Shown: in pieces, positions 20,053-32,070 of the stretch
How the letters are laid out: every line of letters starts with the position of its first letter
How positions within the stretch are numbered: the stretch's first letter is position 1
NCBI GenBank assembly: GCA_963822445.1
Contig: CAWGHO010000003.1
Location: 1,760,001-1,824,000 of the forward strand
Direction: 5' to 3'
Length of the DNA stretch: 64,000 bases
DNA from: an uncultured Acidobacteriota bacterium
GTDB lineage: Bacteria; Acidobacteriota; Thermoanaerobaculia; Gp7-AA8
The notes under the pieces: model-generated
Databases searched by the model: none
Told to the model about the DNA's origin: nothing
The model's input: the letters and a program-made list of their open reading frames with translations, nothing else
Program-made: the position numbers and the translations under genes

Positions 20053-23000
20053 ATGAAAAGGCTCGCCTTCCCGGCGCTTTGTGCGGTGCTGTTGCTCTCC
20101 TTCGCGCCCTCGCTCATGGCGCAATGCGGTTCGGAGATCCCGATCGTTTCCCCGGCCAACGGCTCGACGATTCCGAAAGAGAACGTCGTCCTCCAGTGGG
20201 CCACGGTGCCCGGCGTCAACAGCTACGACGTCTTCTTCGGACCGCTCGGTCCCGGCGTCTGCACAGGCACTCCGCACGCGACGGTCAACGACACGCAGTG
20301 GAGCCCGCCGTCGAACGAGGTCACCGACAACCAAACCTACGGCTGGCGCGTCGTCGCCAACGGCACGAACTGCACCGCGCCTCCACCGCCGTCGACGACG
20401 TGCGCTTCCTTCAACACCAACACGAATCAGGGCTGCCAGCTCGCCGCGCCGACCCTGGTCTCGCCAAACGCCGGCTACCACCCTTACGGCCAGGTCACCT
20501 TCGACTGGAACCCCGTCGCGAACGCGACGTCCTACGAGCTCTTCACCTCCGTCGACAACGATCCGCCGTCGTCGCAGGGAGTGACGACGCAGACCAGCAA
20601 GACCCTCTTCATCGAGCCAGGCCGCTTCATCAAATGGGCGGTGGTCGCGCACGCGCATAACTGCGTCAGCGCCACGTCCGCGGTCTCGACCTTCACCACC
20701 AATTGCCCTGACGAAGTGCCGACGCTCATCGCGCCGCAGCACAACGCGCGCTTCGATGAAGGCGCCCCGATCACCTTCATCTGGAACGCCGTCGTCGGCG
20801 CCGCGGGCTACGACATCTACGTCAGCTCGAATGCGGGCGCGACGTACGACCTCCTCGTCGAGAACCTCACCGGCCGCACGCACACGGCCACGCTGCCAAA
20901 GGGCGAGTGGTCCTGGTATCTCCGCGCCAATTACGACGGAGATTGCGACCCGGGCTACAGCCAGCCCTCGCAGTTCGCGGTCGGCAGCGCCACGGAGTGC
21001 TCGACCGACGGGCCGCTGCTGCTGTCGCCGGCAAATGGTGCGAACAGTGTGGCGTCGCCGGTCACGTTCCAATGGCGCTCGGTTCGGGGCGCGACGCGGT
21101 ATGCGGTCTTCGTCGCCATCAACAGCGACGACTTCGCTTTCTACGGCACCACCCAGGCAACGGAGCTCGAAGGATTCGTTCCCGATGGCACCATCCGCTG
21201 GCTGGTCGCGGCGATCTTCCCCAACTGCCCCGAAACGCGCAGCAGTGTCTCCACCTTCACCGCGGGCGACATCAATGACTGCCCGACCGGAACGATCTCC
21301 CTGCGCTCCCCCGCCGACGGCGCAACCGTCAGCGCACCGGTGACGCTGTCTTGGTCCGCGCTCGCGGGCGTCGACTTTTATCGCGTCACGGTCATCCTCA
21401 GTGACGAGACGTCGATCGTTCGTCGCACGACGGCCACAGAAGCAGAGTTTCGATCTCCCGGCCGGCGCGATGCGCTGGTACGTGGAAGGGATCAACGAAG
21501 GCTGCGATCCCATCCTCTCGAACCAGGGGCGCTTCACCGTGCAGCGCGCGACGAACTGCGCGACCAATCCCGCGCCGACGCTCATCGCGCCGCTGAGCAC
21601 CGGGACCAATTCGGTTGTAGTCACGAGCCCGGTCACGTTCAGTTGGAACGCGGCGACCGGCGCACTCGGCTACCGCCTGTGGGTCTCCCCCAACGGCAAA
21701 GCCTTCGAAGACATCGGCCTGACCGACAAGACCCAGATCACGATTCCTCTCCCCGGCGGCGCGTATGCATGGTTCGTCGATGCGCTGTTTCGTAACTGCG
21801 ACCCGGTGCCGTCGACGCGCGGCTTTTTCGTCATCGCCGACACCACCCAGCGCTGCCCGACGAATGCTCCCGCTCCGCTGGCTCCCGCGCAGGGATCCAC
21901 CAGTGCGGCGCCTGTTCGCTTCAGCTGGACCGAAGTTGCGGCCGCGGAGAAGTACCGCGTGTTCGTTTCCATCGATGGTTCCGAGGAGCGGTTGATCGGG
22001 ACGACGGAAGACACTTCGCTCGAGCGCGTTCTGCCGCCGGGTGCTGCGCGCTGGAGAGTCGAGGCCATCGCCGCCGAATGCCGCGCTCTTTCGTCAGACG
22101 TCGTTCCGTTCACGATCCCCGAGGCGGCGAATTGCAGCGACGACAAACCGGGATTGGTGTCGCCGGCCAACGGCGCGACGCTCAGTGAACAGGAAATGGA
22201 GTTCGCCTGGACGCCGGTCAGCGGCGCCGTGCGCTACGTGATCATCGCCAAGACCGAGGATGGCTCGCCCGTTCCCGTTGGCGACAGCGCGGAGACGACC
22301 TTCCGCCGGCGCATGCCCTTCGGCCGCAACGAATGGTGGGTGGTGGTGTTCTTCGCCGGATGCGAGCCGGTGGAATCCGAGCATTTCCAGTTCACCATCA
22401 CGCGCGATCAGAACTGCAGCAACCGCAGCCCGATCCTGCTGCAGCCCTCCGAAAGCACACGCGACGTCTACTCGCCGGTGACCTTCGCCTGGACGCGCGT
22501 GCCGGGCGCGATCGGCTATCAGATCTGGGTGCCGCAAGGCTCGCCGGTCATGAATCCCACGGCCAGCATCATCGCGTCGACGACGGAAACGACGGCCACC
22601 GTCGATCTGCCGCCGGGCACGTACCAGTGGTACGTCGTCGCTCGCTTCGCCACCTGCGATCCGACGGAATCAGCGATCGCCGAGTTCGAGGTCAAAGAGC
22701 CCGTTCCCTGCGGCACGCCCGATCAACCGACGGCCCAGGTCCTCGGACAAGCCCTTTCCGGAACGCCGTATCGCCTGCGCTGGACGCCGCTGCCCAACGT
22801 CGATGTGTACGAGGTCCAGGAGTCGACCTCGCTGACGTTCGAAAGCGCCGAGACGACCGTCGTCGAGCGTCCCGTGCTGCTTTTCGAGCACGAGGTCACC
22901 TCGCCGCTGCAGTACCACTATCGCGTTCGCGGCATCAGCAACTGCGATGACTCGCGCGGTCCGTACTCCGATCCGGTGAGCATCTTCATCGTGCCGCCGC

Positions 23001-24789
23001 GGACCAGCAACGCCAGCGCGGAAGTCGGTGTGGAAGGAACGATCGTGCAGACGGTCACCCTCCCCGCATCGCCGACGCCTCTTCCCTTCGTAGCGAAAGT
23101 TGACAAGCCGTGGCTGACGGTGACGCCCTCCAGCGGCGTCGTCGGGACGACCCGGTCACCTTGACCGTCACGGCCGACCCCTCCGTCCTCTTCCTCGGCA
23201 CGAACACCGGCACGGTCACGGTCGAGTACACGACGCCGTCGAACGGAAAGATCGAATCGAACGGGACGACATTCAGCAGCGTGCCCGTGTCGGTCAGCCT
23301 GGTCACGCCGGTAACGCCGGTCGGTAAAGGAACGCCGCCGCCCGACGCGCTGATCTTCCCCATCGTCGGTCACGCCACCGGCGTCAACGACTCGCTCTTC
23401 GAGTCCGACATCCGCATCGCCAACCTCACGCCGCAGACGATGAAGTACCAGGTCAACTTCACGCCGTCTGGAACGGACGGAACGCAGACCGGCAGTTCGA
23501 CGACGATCGAAGTGCCGCCGAACACGACCACCGCGCTCGATGACATCGTGGCCAGCGTCTTCGGCACGGGCACGATCTCCAGCGCTCTCGGGATGCTCGA
23601 AGTGCGTCCGCTGACTACGTCCACGACCTCGCCGAGTCTCTTCTCGGCGGTTTCGTCCGCGTTCCCCGCGCTTGCAACCGCGGCGTCGAGCCGCACCTAC
23701 AACTTCACGCCGAACGGCACGTACGGTCAGTTCATCCCGGCGATTCCGTTCTCGAAGTTCGTCGGCAAGGGCTCGATCCTGTCGCTGCTGCAGGTCGCGC
23801 AATCGGCGGACTACCGCGCGAACTTCGGATTCGCCGAAGCGGGCGGCTCGCCGGTGGACCTGCTCGTGCGGGTGTACGACACGAAGAACATCCTCCTGGC
23901 CACGATCCCCGTCTCGCTGGGCGCAACGCAGCACACGCAGATGAACGGACTGCTCGCGCAGAACGGGATCAACGATCTGGCCGACGGCCGCGTGGAAGTG
24001 GAAGTGGTCAACGGCGACGGCAAGGTGACCGCGTACGTGTCCGAGCTCGACAACCGCACCAGCGATCCGCTGCTGGTGAACGCCGTGCCGAAGGGCGCGA
24101 CCTCCGCGAATCGCTATGTCGTTCCGGGCATGGCCTACATCGACAACGGCTTCGCGTTCTGGGTCAGCGACCTGCGCATCTTCAACGCCGGCACGACTTC
24201 GACGCCGGCCACGGTCACGTTCTACCCGCAGGGCAACGGCACGCCCGTGGCGCGAAACATCACCCTCGACGCGGGTGAGATCGAAGTGCTGAACAACGTC
24301 GTGGCCACTCTGTTCGGTCAACCGAACGGCTCGGGCGGCGCGATCGCGATCACCACGCCGGCGAACACGCAGCTGTCGGCGACCGCGCGCACGTACAACC
24401 AGACCAGCAACGGGACTTACGGTCAATTCATCCCCGGCGTTACGGTTGCGGAGTCGGTCGGCAATGGCGATCGCGCGCTGCAGCTGCTGCAGCTCGAGAC
24501 GTCCTCCCGTTTCCGCACGAACGTCGGCGTGACCGAGACCTCGGGCAACCCCGCGCGCGTGGAGTTGACGGCGATTCAGCCTGATTCGATCGTCACGCCG
24601 ATCATCACTCTCGATCTGGCAGCGGGCGAGTTCCGCCAGATCAGCCTCGCCGACTTCTTCGAGGCCGGCGCGGCGGTCTACAACGCCCGCGTGACGGTGA
24701 AGGTGGTTAGCGGATCGGGTCGGGTGACGGCGTACGGATCGGCGATCGACGTGACGACGCAGGACCCGACCTACGTACCAGCGCAGTAG
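20053..24789 (+). CDS. About 1578-aa secreted protein with ~10 Cys-containing FN3/Ig-like repeats, a BACON-like domain and a duplicated C-terminal domain; two compensating frameshifts (~21450, ~23152)
   Basis: Signal peptide; repeat PxLxSPxNG...F.W..V.GA..Y...W.V.A...C continues across ORFs 20053, 21401 and 23110; PWLTVTPSSG; twin RTYN...GTYGQFIP modules. Confidence 0.8.
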
Positions 24790-24795
24790 CGAAGC

Positions 24796-24891
24796 TCTGG
24801 ACTGCGGCGGCAAGGCCGCCGCTCTCACTCGCCGCAGCGCCAGCTGCGGCTGGCGCAAGTGAGAGCGGCAGCCTTGCTGCCGCAGTCCAGA
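24796..24891. repeat. REP-like nested palindrome (GGASTGCGGC family)
   Basis: TCTGGACTGCGGCGGCAAGGCCGCCGCTCTCACT...AGTGAGAGCGGCAGCCTTGCTGCCGCAGTCCAGA between convergent genes. Confidence 0.85.
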
Positions 24892-24895
24892 CTGT

Positions 24896-25159
24896 CTACC
24901 GCCGGTTCTTGTCCACGATCGCCACGATGATCACCACGAACGCGGCCAGCCGCAGCAGATAGAAGATCGTCTGATCCTCCATCGTCTCGCGGGTCATGGT
25001 GATGGCGAACCGCTGCACGGCCAGGAGCAGGAAGGCCAGCGAGAACATGCCGAAGAGGCGGTCGCGCGACGCGCTCCAGAAGCGCAGGAAGAACAGCGCC
25101 GCGACGGCGTAACCCATCAGCAGCGCACCCGAGACCACTCCGTTCAGCGCGTTTCCCAT
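24896..25159 (-). CDS. Small 3-TM protein, DUF5985-like
   Basis: LFFLRFW..SRDRLF...YLLRLAAF...AIVDKNR pattern; start inside the previous gene. Confidence 0.75.
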   Translation of the reverse strand: MGNALNGVVSGALLMGYAVAALFFLRFWSASRDRLFGMFSLAFLLLAVQRFAITMTRETMEDQTIFYLLRLAAFVVIIVAIVDKNRR

Positions 25160-25416
25160 ATCAATCCATAGAGCAGCAGGGCCACGCCCACGAGCGCCGG
25201 AATCAGCCGCACGGTGAGGAGGTCGAACCGCGTGACGTGCTGCGCATCGACGATGAGGAGGACGTTGTTCAGCGCGAGGCCGATGAAGCAGAGAGCGCTC
25301 CAGAACAGCAGCCGCGCTCCCGATTGTCTGTAGCCGCGAACGAGCAGCGCCGCACAGAGCGCGCTCGTTGCAGCGCAGAGGACGTAGACGATCGTCGCGA
25401 ACATGTTCTCCATCAT
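25144..25416 (-). CDS. Small 3-TM protein, DUF5985-like
   Basis: VYVLC..TS..CA.LL.RGY...RLLFWSALCF.GLALNN...LLYGLIWE. Confidence 0.75.
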   Translation of the reverse strand: MMENMFATIVYVLCAATSALCAALLVRGYRQSGARLLFWSALCFIGLALNNVLLIVDAQHVTRFDLLTVRLIPALVGVALLLYGLIWETR

Positions 25417-25787
25417 TTCTTGAACTTGAAGGCGTCGGCGAAGCTTCGAAGCGGATCGGGGGGCGCGCCGACGACCGCTGCGACAACCTGACGGTCCTCG
25501 CCGTAAATCTGAGCGAGCTCGGTTACAAGAGCGTCGACCTCTTCATCGCCGCCGGCATACCGGTAGCGCGGCACACCGCTCGGCTCGAACGAGAGGAGAC
25601 CGCTCGAGGCGAGGAGAAACAGGCGCATCGCTGCCGATTCGGACGGCATCTTCAGCTCCGTCGCCACCTCATTCGCCGACCACGAACGGGCCTGGTCGCC
25701 GCGCAGAAGAAGAACGATCTCGATCTGTTCGAGCGAGGGAAGGCGCTGCTGCAGCAACGACTGAAGTGATTCGGAGATACGACCCAC
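25413..25787 (-). CDS. Conserved hypothetical protein, possibly winged-helix-like
   Basis: SLEQIEIVLLL...WSANEVATEL...GLL...YRY...FADAFKFKK; ATGA overlap with the next gene. Confidence 0.7.
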   Translation of the reverse strand: MGRISESLQSLLQQRLPSLEQIEIVLLLRGDQARSWSANEVATELKMPSESAAMRLFLLASSGLLSFEPSGVPRYRYAGGDEEVDALVTELAQIYGEDRQVVAAVVGAPPDPLRSFADAFKFKK

Positions 25788-25808
25788 TGCGCGGCGGGCA
25801 TGCGCGAT

Positions 25809-26687
25809 TCAGGCCAGCCGCAGGAAGATCGCCGCGCCGATGCTGCCCACGATCATGAGCATCCCCAGGAACCTTCCGCAGCCGACCGAGGTCGCGAGAA
25901 CCTCGCGCACAGTTTCCTTTTCGCCGCGGTAAACCCAGAGCCCCTGTTCCTTCGTCGCAATCAGCGCTTTCTCCGCCGCCGACCAGATTCCGATCGCGCA
26001 CGCCTTCTGTCCGGGCGGGACCGACGTCTCATGAAAGACGCAGTCTTCCAGAGGGCGGCCGCTGCCCTGGCGGAAATCGCGGGCTGTGCGCTCTCGGCCG
26101 TCCCACATGTCGTCCATGACCTCGATCCACTCGATGTGTCCCAGACGCTTCTCCTCGAACCGCGCGAAGCGCAGATGCTCCTTCACCCTTTCGCGCGCTT
26201 CGGAAGAGAGGATGTACTTCTCGCCGAAGTCGTGCAGGTTCGGGAAGCCTCCCAGCCGCGCGCTGAACTTCGCCCCCTCGATCCGGGCCGGGCTCGCGCC
26301 GTAGCCGGCGTAATCGACGACGTCCTTCCGGCCGGCGCGCGAAGAGGGCGAGAAGCGTTCGTAGTGCAGAACGGTGTAGAGGTAGAGCAGCGCGGGACGT
26401 CCGCGAACCGGCGAGGCGAACGGCTCACCGTCCGCCTCGAGCGTGCCGCAGATGGCGACCCGCTCTCCGTCGCGCGGTGACGTGACGCGGTCGGATTGCT
26501 CGACGAGCTTCATGTCCCGCCGCTCGCGGCCCGACAGGCGGATCATGCCGATGCCGGTGGCGCCGATGGCGGCCAGGCCGATGCTCCAGGCGGCCGCGCG
26601 CGCGGGCGACATCTTCGGCACGACGATCGCCGCGAAGACGATCGCCAGAATCACCAGCCGCGCCCACCAGGACCGCACGAGCATCAT
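25809..26687 (-). CDS. Membrane protein, possibly GIDE-like
   Basis: Two N-terminal TMs, one C-terminal TM; VAICGTL...SPVRGRPALLY and ETSVPPGQKACAIG resemble GIDE-domain motifs. Confidence 0.55.
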   Translation of the reverse strand: MMLVRSWWARLVILAIVFAAIVVPKMSPARAAAWSIGLAAIGATGIGMIRLSGRERRDMKLVEQSDRVTSPRDGERVAICGTLEADGEPFASPVRGRPALLYLYTVLHYERFSPSSRAGRKDVVDYAGYGASPARIEGAKFSARLGGFPNLHDFGEKYILSSEARERVKEHLRFARFEEKRLGHIEWIEVMDDMWDGRERTARDFRQGSGRPLEDCVFHETSVPPGQKACAIGIWSAAEKALIATKEQGLWVYRGEKETVREVLATSVGCGRFLGMLMIVGSIGAAIFLRLA

Positions 26688-27514
26688 CGCTTCAGTTTCG
26701 TCCTCCGCAGCCGCACCTTGTTCGTGGGCGACGTCTCCAGCAGGAGCAGATCGCCGTTCGCCGCGAACGCGCCGCCGACGGGCGACCAGCTGCCGTTCGA
26801 GTCGACGACCACGCTCACTTTACCGTCCGCGGCGATGCGCTTCACCTTTCCCTCGCTGTACGACGCCACGTAGAGATTGCCGGCGCGATCGGTCCACAGA
26901 CCCATCACCGAATGCTGGGCCATCACCTGCGGACGGAAGATGCTCGTGTCGGAGATGTTCTTCGCCAGCCGCGTCACGGCGCCGTTCGGACTGACTTTCA
27001 CCACGTCCGTGCGATCGACGAGATAGAGCGTCGCGTCCGGCGTGGCGATCATCCAGCGGATGTTCGTGAAGCCGCGGGCCACGACGCTCTTCCGCCCGTT
27101 CGGAGCGATTTTCTCGATGCGCTTTCGGTCGGTGCCGGCCACGTACTGATTGCCCGCCGCATCGCGCACGAAGCTGTAGTCGCGAGGGAACCCTTCCCGG
27201 TCCTGGATCAGCTTCACCACCTTGCCGTCCGGTGACCGGCGCCAGAGGTAGTGGCCCCACTTGTCGATCCGTTCCCCTTCGTACCAGAGATGCTCGCCGT
27301 ACAGATTGCCCCGCGCGTCGAGATAGAGCTCGTGCGTGTGCACGCCCGTCACAGCCACGGTTTTCGTCCCGTTCGGCGCGACCTTCCAGACCTGATCGAG
27401 ATCGGAGTAATACGCGTTGCCCTGCGCGTCGATCACCACCGATACCGGCGGATGGGCGGAGAGCGGCAGCGCCGCGGCGGCGAGAGTGGCGATCAGGAGA
27501 AGGCGCGCGTTCAT
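26684..27514 (-). CDS. Secreted NHL/SMP-30-type beta-propeller protein
   Basis: Signal peptide; repeated D.xGNLY and KxxPxG motifs. Confidence 0.8.
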   Translation of the reverse strand: MNARLLLIATLAAAALPLSAHPPVSVVIDAQGNAYYSDLDQVWKVAPNGTKTVAVTGVHTHELYLDARGNLYGEHLWYEGERIDKWGHYLWRRSPDGKVVKLIQDREGFPRDYSFVRDAAGNQYVAGTDRKRIEKIAPNGRKSVVARGFTNIRWMIATPDATLYLVDRTDVVKVSPNGAVTRLAKNISDTSIFRPQVMAQHSVMGLWTDRAGNLYVASYSEGKVKRIAADGKVSVVVDSNGSWSPVGGAFAANGDLLLLETSPTNKVRLRRTKLKR

Positions 27515-27544
27515 GCACGGAAGGTGCGCCGCCACGGCATTCCG

Positions 27545-28033
27545 TTAACCCTGCCGCGGAAAGTAGCCCTCGAAACAGATGATCGAGCCCGGCTTCCCCG
27601 GCTTCCGAAGATCGGGGAGCTTGTACGTTCTCATCCCGTCACCGCCGAACTGGGACCCCACCACGGCGTACAGCTTCTGGTAATCGCCGCTGATCTGCAG
27701 CTCCTGACCGTTCGCGGGCACGCAGTTGTCCGGCGGGTCCCCCGACTCCCACGGAACGATGAGGCCGACGAGCTCCGGCTCCCAGCGTGGCCGGGGTGCT
27801 CCCGGCGGGCTGTACAAGCCCTGGCTGGCTACGATCCAGTGGACGCCCCGCACCGGATCCGCGAGGTTCGGCAGCGCGATCGTTTCGTGATCGCCGTGCG
27901 TGGCAATCCCCAGTGCCCCACCGAGGTGCGGGTGGTCGCTCGTCGAGATCCGCCTGCCATCACAGCGAAGCCAGCCCTCGACAGACAAATCGTTCGGCCA
28001 CATGGCCAACGCTCCGAGCAGCGGATCGCCCAT
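27545..28033 (-). CDS. Phage tail-collar domain protein with two collar repeats (162 aa)
   Basis: GWLRCDG...LPNL...WIVASQG and PANGQ...LYAVVGSQFGGDG.RTYKLPDLR...IICFEG. Confidence 0.8.
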   Translation of the reverse strand: MGDPLLGALAMWPNDLSVEGWLRCDGRRISTSDHPHLGGALGIATHGDHETIALPNLADPVRGVHWIVASQGLYSPPGAPRPRWEPELVGLIVPWESGDPPDNCVPANGQELQISGDYQKLYAVVGSQFGGDGMRTYKLPDLRKPGKPGSIICFEGYFPRQG

Positions 28034-28082
28034 GCTCTACCTCCTGTTTGTAGCGGGATTCGGGGATGGTATACCCGGCCGT

Positions 28083-28571
28083 TCATGCCCGCGGCGGAAA
28101 CTTCCCCTTCACGCAGATGATGGCCTGCTCCTCGTCGTTCTCGAGGCGGTCCCGGAGATCGGGAAGCTGAAAGGTCACCTGGCTCGAACCGCCGAAGCGA
28201 TTCCCGAGGATCGAGAAGAGCTCGGGGTTGTCGCGGATGTTGATGACCTGCCCTTCGGCGAACACGCAGTTCTCGGGCGGCTTCCGGCGCGTCCAGCCGG
28301 CGAGCACGCCGACGATGTCCGGAATGTACGGTGGCCGCGGTTCATCCCGCCGCGCAAACGTGCCGTCGGCGTTGATGATGTAGCGGACGCCGGCGAGCGG
28401 GTCCGCCTTCTTCGGCAACCGGAACGAATCCCCTTCAGGCTCCCCACCCAGCGTCGCGTAGAGCGCCAGGTTTCCCTGGATCGGAATCAGCCTGCCGTCG
28501 CACAGGGACCACCCGCGCAACTCGAAATCCCCTGTAAACATCGCCATCGTCCCGACGAGCGTTTCGGCCAT
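28083..28571 (-). CDS. Phage tail-collar domain protein with two collar repeats (162 aa)
   Basis: GWSLCDGRLIPI..N.ALYATLGG...FRLP and EGQ...LFSILGNRFGG....FQLPDLR...IICVKG; RBS GAGGGGG. Confidence 0.82.
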   Translation of the reverse strand: MAETLVGTMAMFTGDFELRGWSLCDGRLIPIQGNLALYATLGGEPEGDSFRLPKKADPLAGVRYIINADGTFARRDEPRPPYIPDIVGVLAGWTRRKPPENCVFAEGQVINIRDNPELFSILGNRFGGSSQVTFQLPDLRDRLENDEEQAIICVKGKFPPRA

Positions 28572-28632
28572 CGATCCCCCCTCAGCTCTCTTTTCTCGAT
28601 GCGACCATGGTAGTCCCCGCGGAGGCGCTGCA

Positions 28633-28638
28633 TATAAT
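28633..28638 (+). promoter_or_regulatory. Probable sigma70 -10 box of the lpdA operon
   Basis: Perfect TATAAT about 30 nt before the lpdA TTG; no clear -35. Confidence 0.45.
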
Positions 28639-28667
28639 GCGCGCCGCAAATCACGGAGGTCTTCCCC

Positions 28668-30079
28668 TTGGCAGAAAACGCTCAACAGCAATACGACGTG
28701 GTCATCATCGGCAGCGGACCGGGCGGATACGTGGCCGGCATCCGCGCCGGGCAGCTCGGAATGAAAGTGGCGGTGGTCGAGAAAGATCCGTTTCTCGGCG
28801 GCACCTGCCTGCACCGCGGCTGCATCCCCACCAAATCGCTTCTCGAGAACGCCGACGTCTGGGGCAAGATCCAGAAGGCGAAAGACTTCGGCATCACGGT
28901 CGGCGACGTCACCATCAACTTCTCCGAAGTGCAGAAGCGCAAGCAGGGCGTGGTCGACAACAACGCCAAGGGCATCGAGTTCCTCTTCAAGAAGAACAAG
29001 GTCGAGCGCATCCTCGGCCACGGCCGCGTGGTGAAAGCCGGCGTCGTGGAAGTCGAGGGCGAAGGCGGCAAGAAGACCCTCAACACCAAGAACATCATCC
29101 TGGCCATGGGCTCGGTGCCGCGCGACCTGCCCCACATCAAGGCCGACGGCAAGCGGATCATCAACTCCGATCACATCCTGATGCTCGACTACATCCCGAA
29201 GTCGATGCTGGTCATCGGCGCGGGCGCGGTGGGATGCGAGTTCGCCTCGATCTTCTCCCGCTTCGGCACGAAGACGACCATCGTCGAGGTCATGCCCCAG
29301 CTCCTGCCGATCGAGGACGACGAGATCGCCAAGGAGTTCACCCGCATCTTCAAGAAGAAAGGCATCGACGTCTTCACCGACGCGAAGGTGCTCTCCTGCG
29401 AAGTCGGCGAGAACGGCGTGAAGTCGACCGTCGAGGTGAAGGGCAAGCAGCAGGTCATCGAGACGGAGCTCGTCCTCTCGGCGACGGGCCGCGGTCCCGT
29501 GACCGGCGACGCGGGCCTCAAGAACACGAAGGTGAAAGTCAGCGATCGCGGGTTCGTCGAGGTCGACGAATTCATGCGCACCGCGCGAGCCGGGCATCTA
29601 CGCCATCGGCGACATCGTCCCCACTCCCGCCCTCGCCCACTGCGCCTCGGCCGAAGGAATCCTCGCTGTCGAGCACATGAAGGGCATGCCCGTGCGCGCC
29701 ATCAACTACGACCACGTTCCCAACGCGACGTACACCGAGCCCGAGGTTGCTTCGGTGGGGCTGACGGAGAAGAAGGCGAAGGAGAAGGGCTACGACGTGA
29801 AGATCGGCAAGTTCCCCTTCAGCGCGAACTCGAAGGCGAAGATCATCGGCGAGTCGAACGGTCTCGTGAAGATACGTCGTCGACGCGAAATACGACGAAG
29901 TCCTCGGCGTCCACATCGTCGGCCCGAAAGCCACGGAGCTGATCGTCGAAGCCTGCGCCGCGCTGGAGCTCGAGGCGACGAGCGAGTCGATCGCCAAGAC
30001 CATCCACGCCCACCCGACGCTGTCGGAGGCCCTCATGGAAGCAGCGGAGGCGGTGCAGGGGCACGCGATTCACATTTGA
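28668..30079 (+). CDS. lpdA: Dihydrolipoamide dehydrogenase E3 (two apparent +1 frameshifts, ~29585 and ~29874)
   Basis: [23 protein letters not shown]; continues in other frames as [15 protein letters not shown] and HAHPTLSE. Confidence 0.92.
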
Positions 30080-31076
30080 ATACGACCAATTCGTACGGCC
30101 TTTCACCCGAGCAACTTCTCGAGATCGACTACTTCCTGCGCCTCACCCGGACACTGGAAGAACGGCTCGTCGCGCTCTTCCGCCAATCGAAGGTCATCGG
30201 AGGGCTCTACCGCTCCCTTGGCCAGGAAGGGGAGTCGGTCGCGGCGGCGTATGCGCTCGATTACACGCAGGGCGACGTCGTGCAGCCGCTCATCCGCAAC
30301 ATCGGGTCGATTCTCGTTGCCGGCGCGAAGCCGGCGGACATCATCAAGCAGTACATGGCCAAGGGTGACGGCCCCACGCGCGGACGCGAGCTGAACATCC
30401 ATTTCGGCCATCCCGCGCGCGACGGTTTCATCGGCCAGATCTCCATGCTCGGCGACATGATTCCGGTCATGGCCGGCATCGCTCTCGCCGGGCGGATGCA
30501 GAAGCGCAAGCTGGTGACCCTGGCTTTCATCGGCGACGGCGGCTCATCGACCGGCGCGTTCTGGGAAGGATTCAACTTCGCCGCGGTGCAGAAGCTGCCG
30601 ATGGTCATCGTCGTCGAGGACAACGGCTACGCCTACTCGACGCCGACCTCGAAACAGACAGCGGCGCGGACGCTCGCCGACAAAGCGCGTCGCCGTCGGC
30701 TGCACCGGCGTCACCGTCGACGGCAACGACGTGCTCGCTGTCTACGGCGCCGCGAAGCAGGCCATCGAGCGCGCGCGCAACGGCGAGGGAGTGACGCTTC
30801 TCGAAGTGAAGACGTTCCGCCTCAAGGGACACGCCGAGCACGACAACCAGTCGTACGTACCGGCCGAGGTCATCGAGGAATGGAAGGCGAAAGACCCTTT
30901 GCCGCGATTCGAGAAGGTGCTGATGGAGCTCGGCGTGGCCACGCAGGAGGACTTCACGAAGATTCAACAGCGCGTGAAGAGCGAGGTCGACACGGCTACC
31001 GACGAGGCCGACCGCTCGCCGATGCCCGATCCCGCGGACGCCGCGCGCGGCCTGTACATCGAGGATGGTTACTGGA

Positions 31077-31084
<8 letters not shown>
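30076..31084 (+). CDS. 2-oxoacid dehydrogenase E1 alpha (pyruvate or branched-chain type; +1 frameshift ~30688)
   Basis: GQEG, TPP motif GDGGSSTG...[19 protein letters not shown]; TTG overlaps the lpdA stop. Confidence 0.88.
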
Positions 31085-32052
<968 letters not shown>

Positions 32053-32070
32053 GTTCGGTGTCCAACACGC

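Noticed and set aside
27545-28571. Prophage
   Set aside because: Only collar-domain genes; no capsid, terminase, integrase or other tail genes
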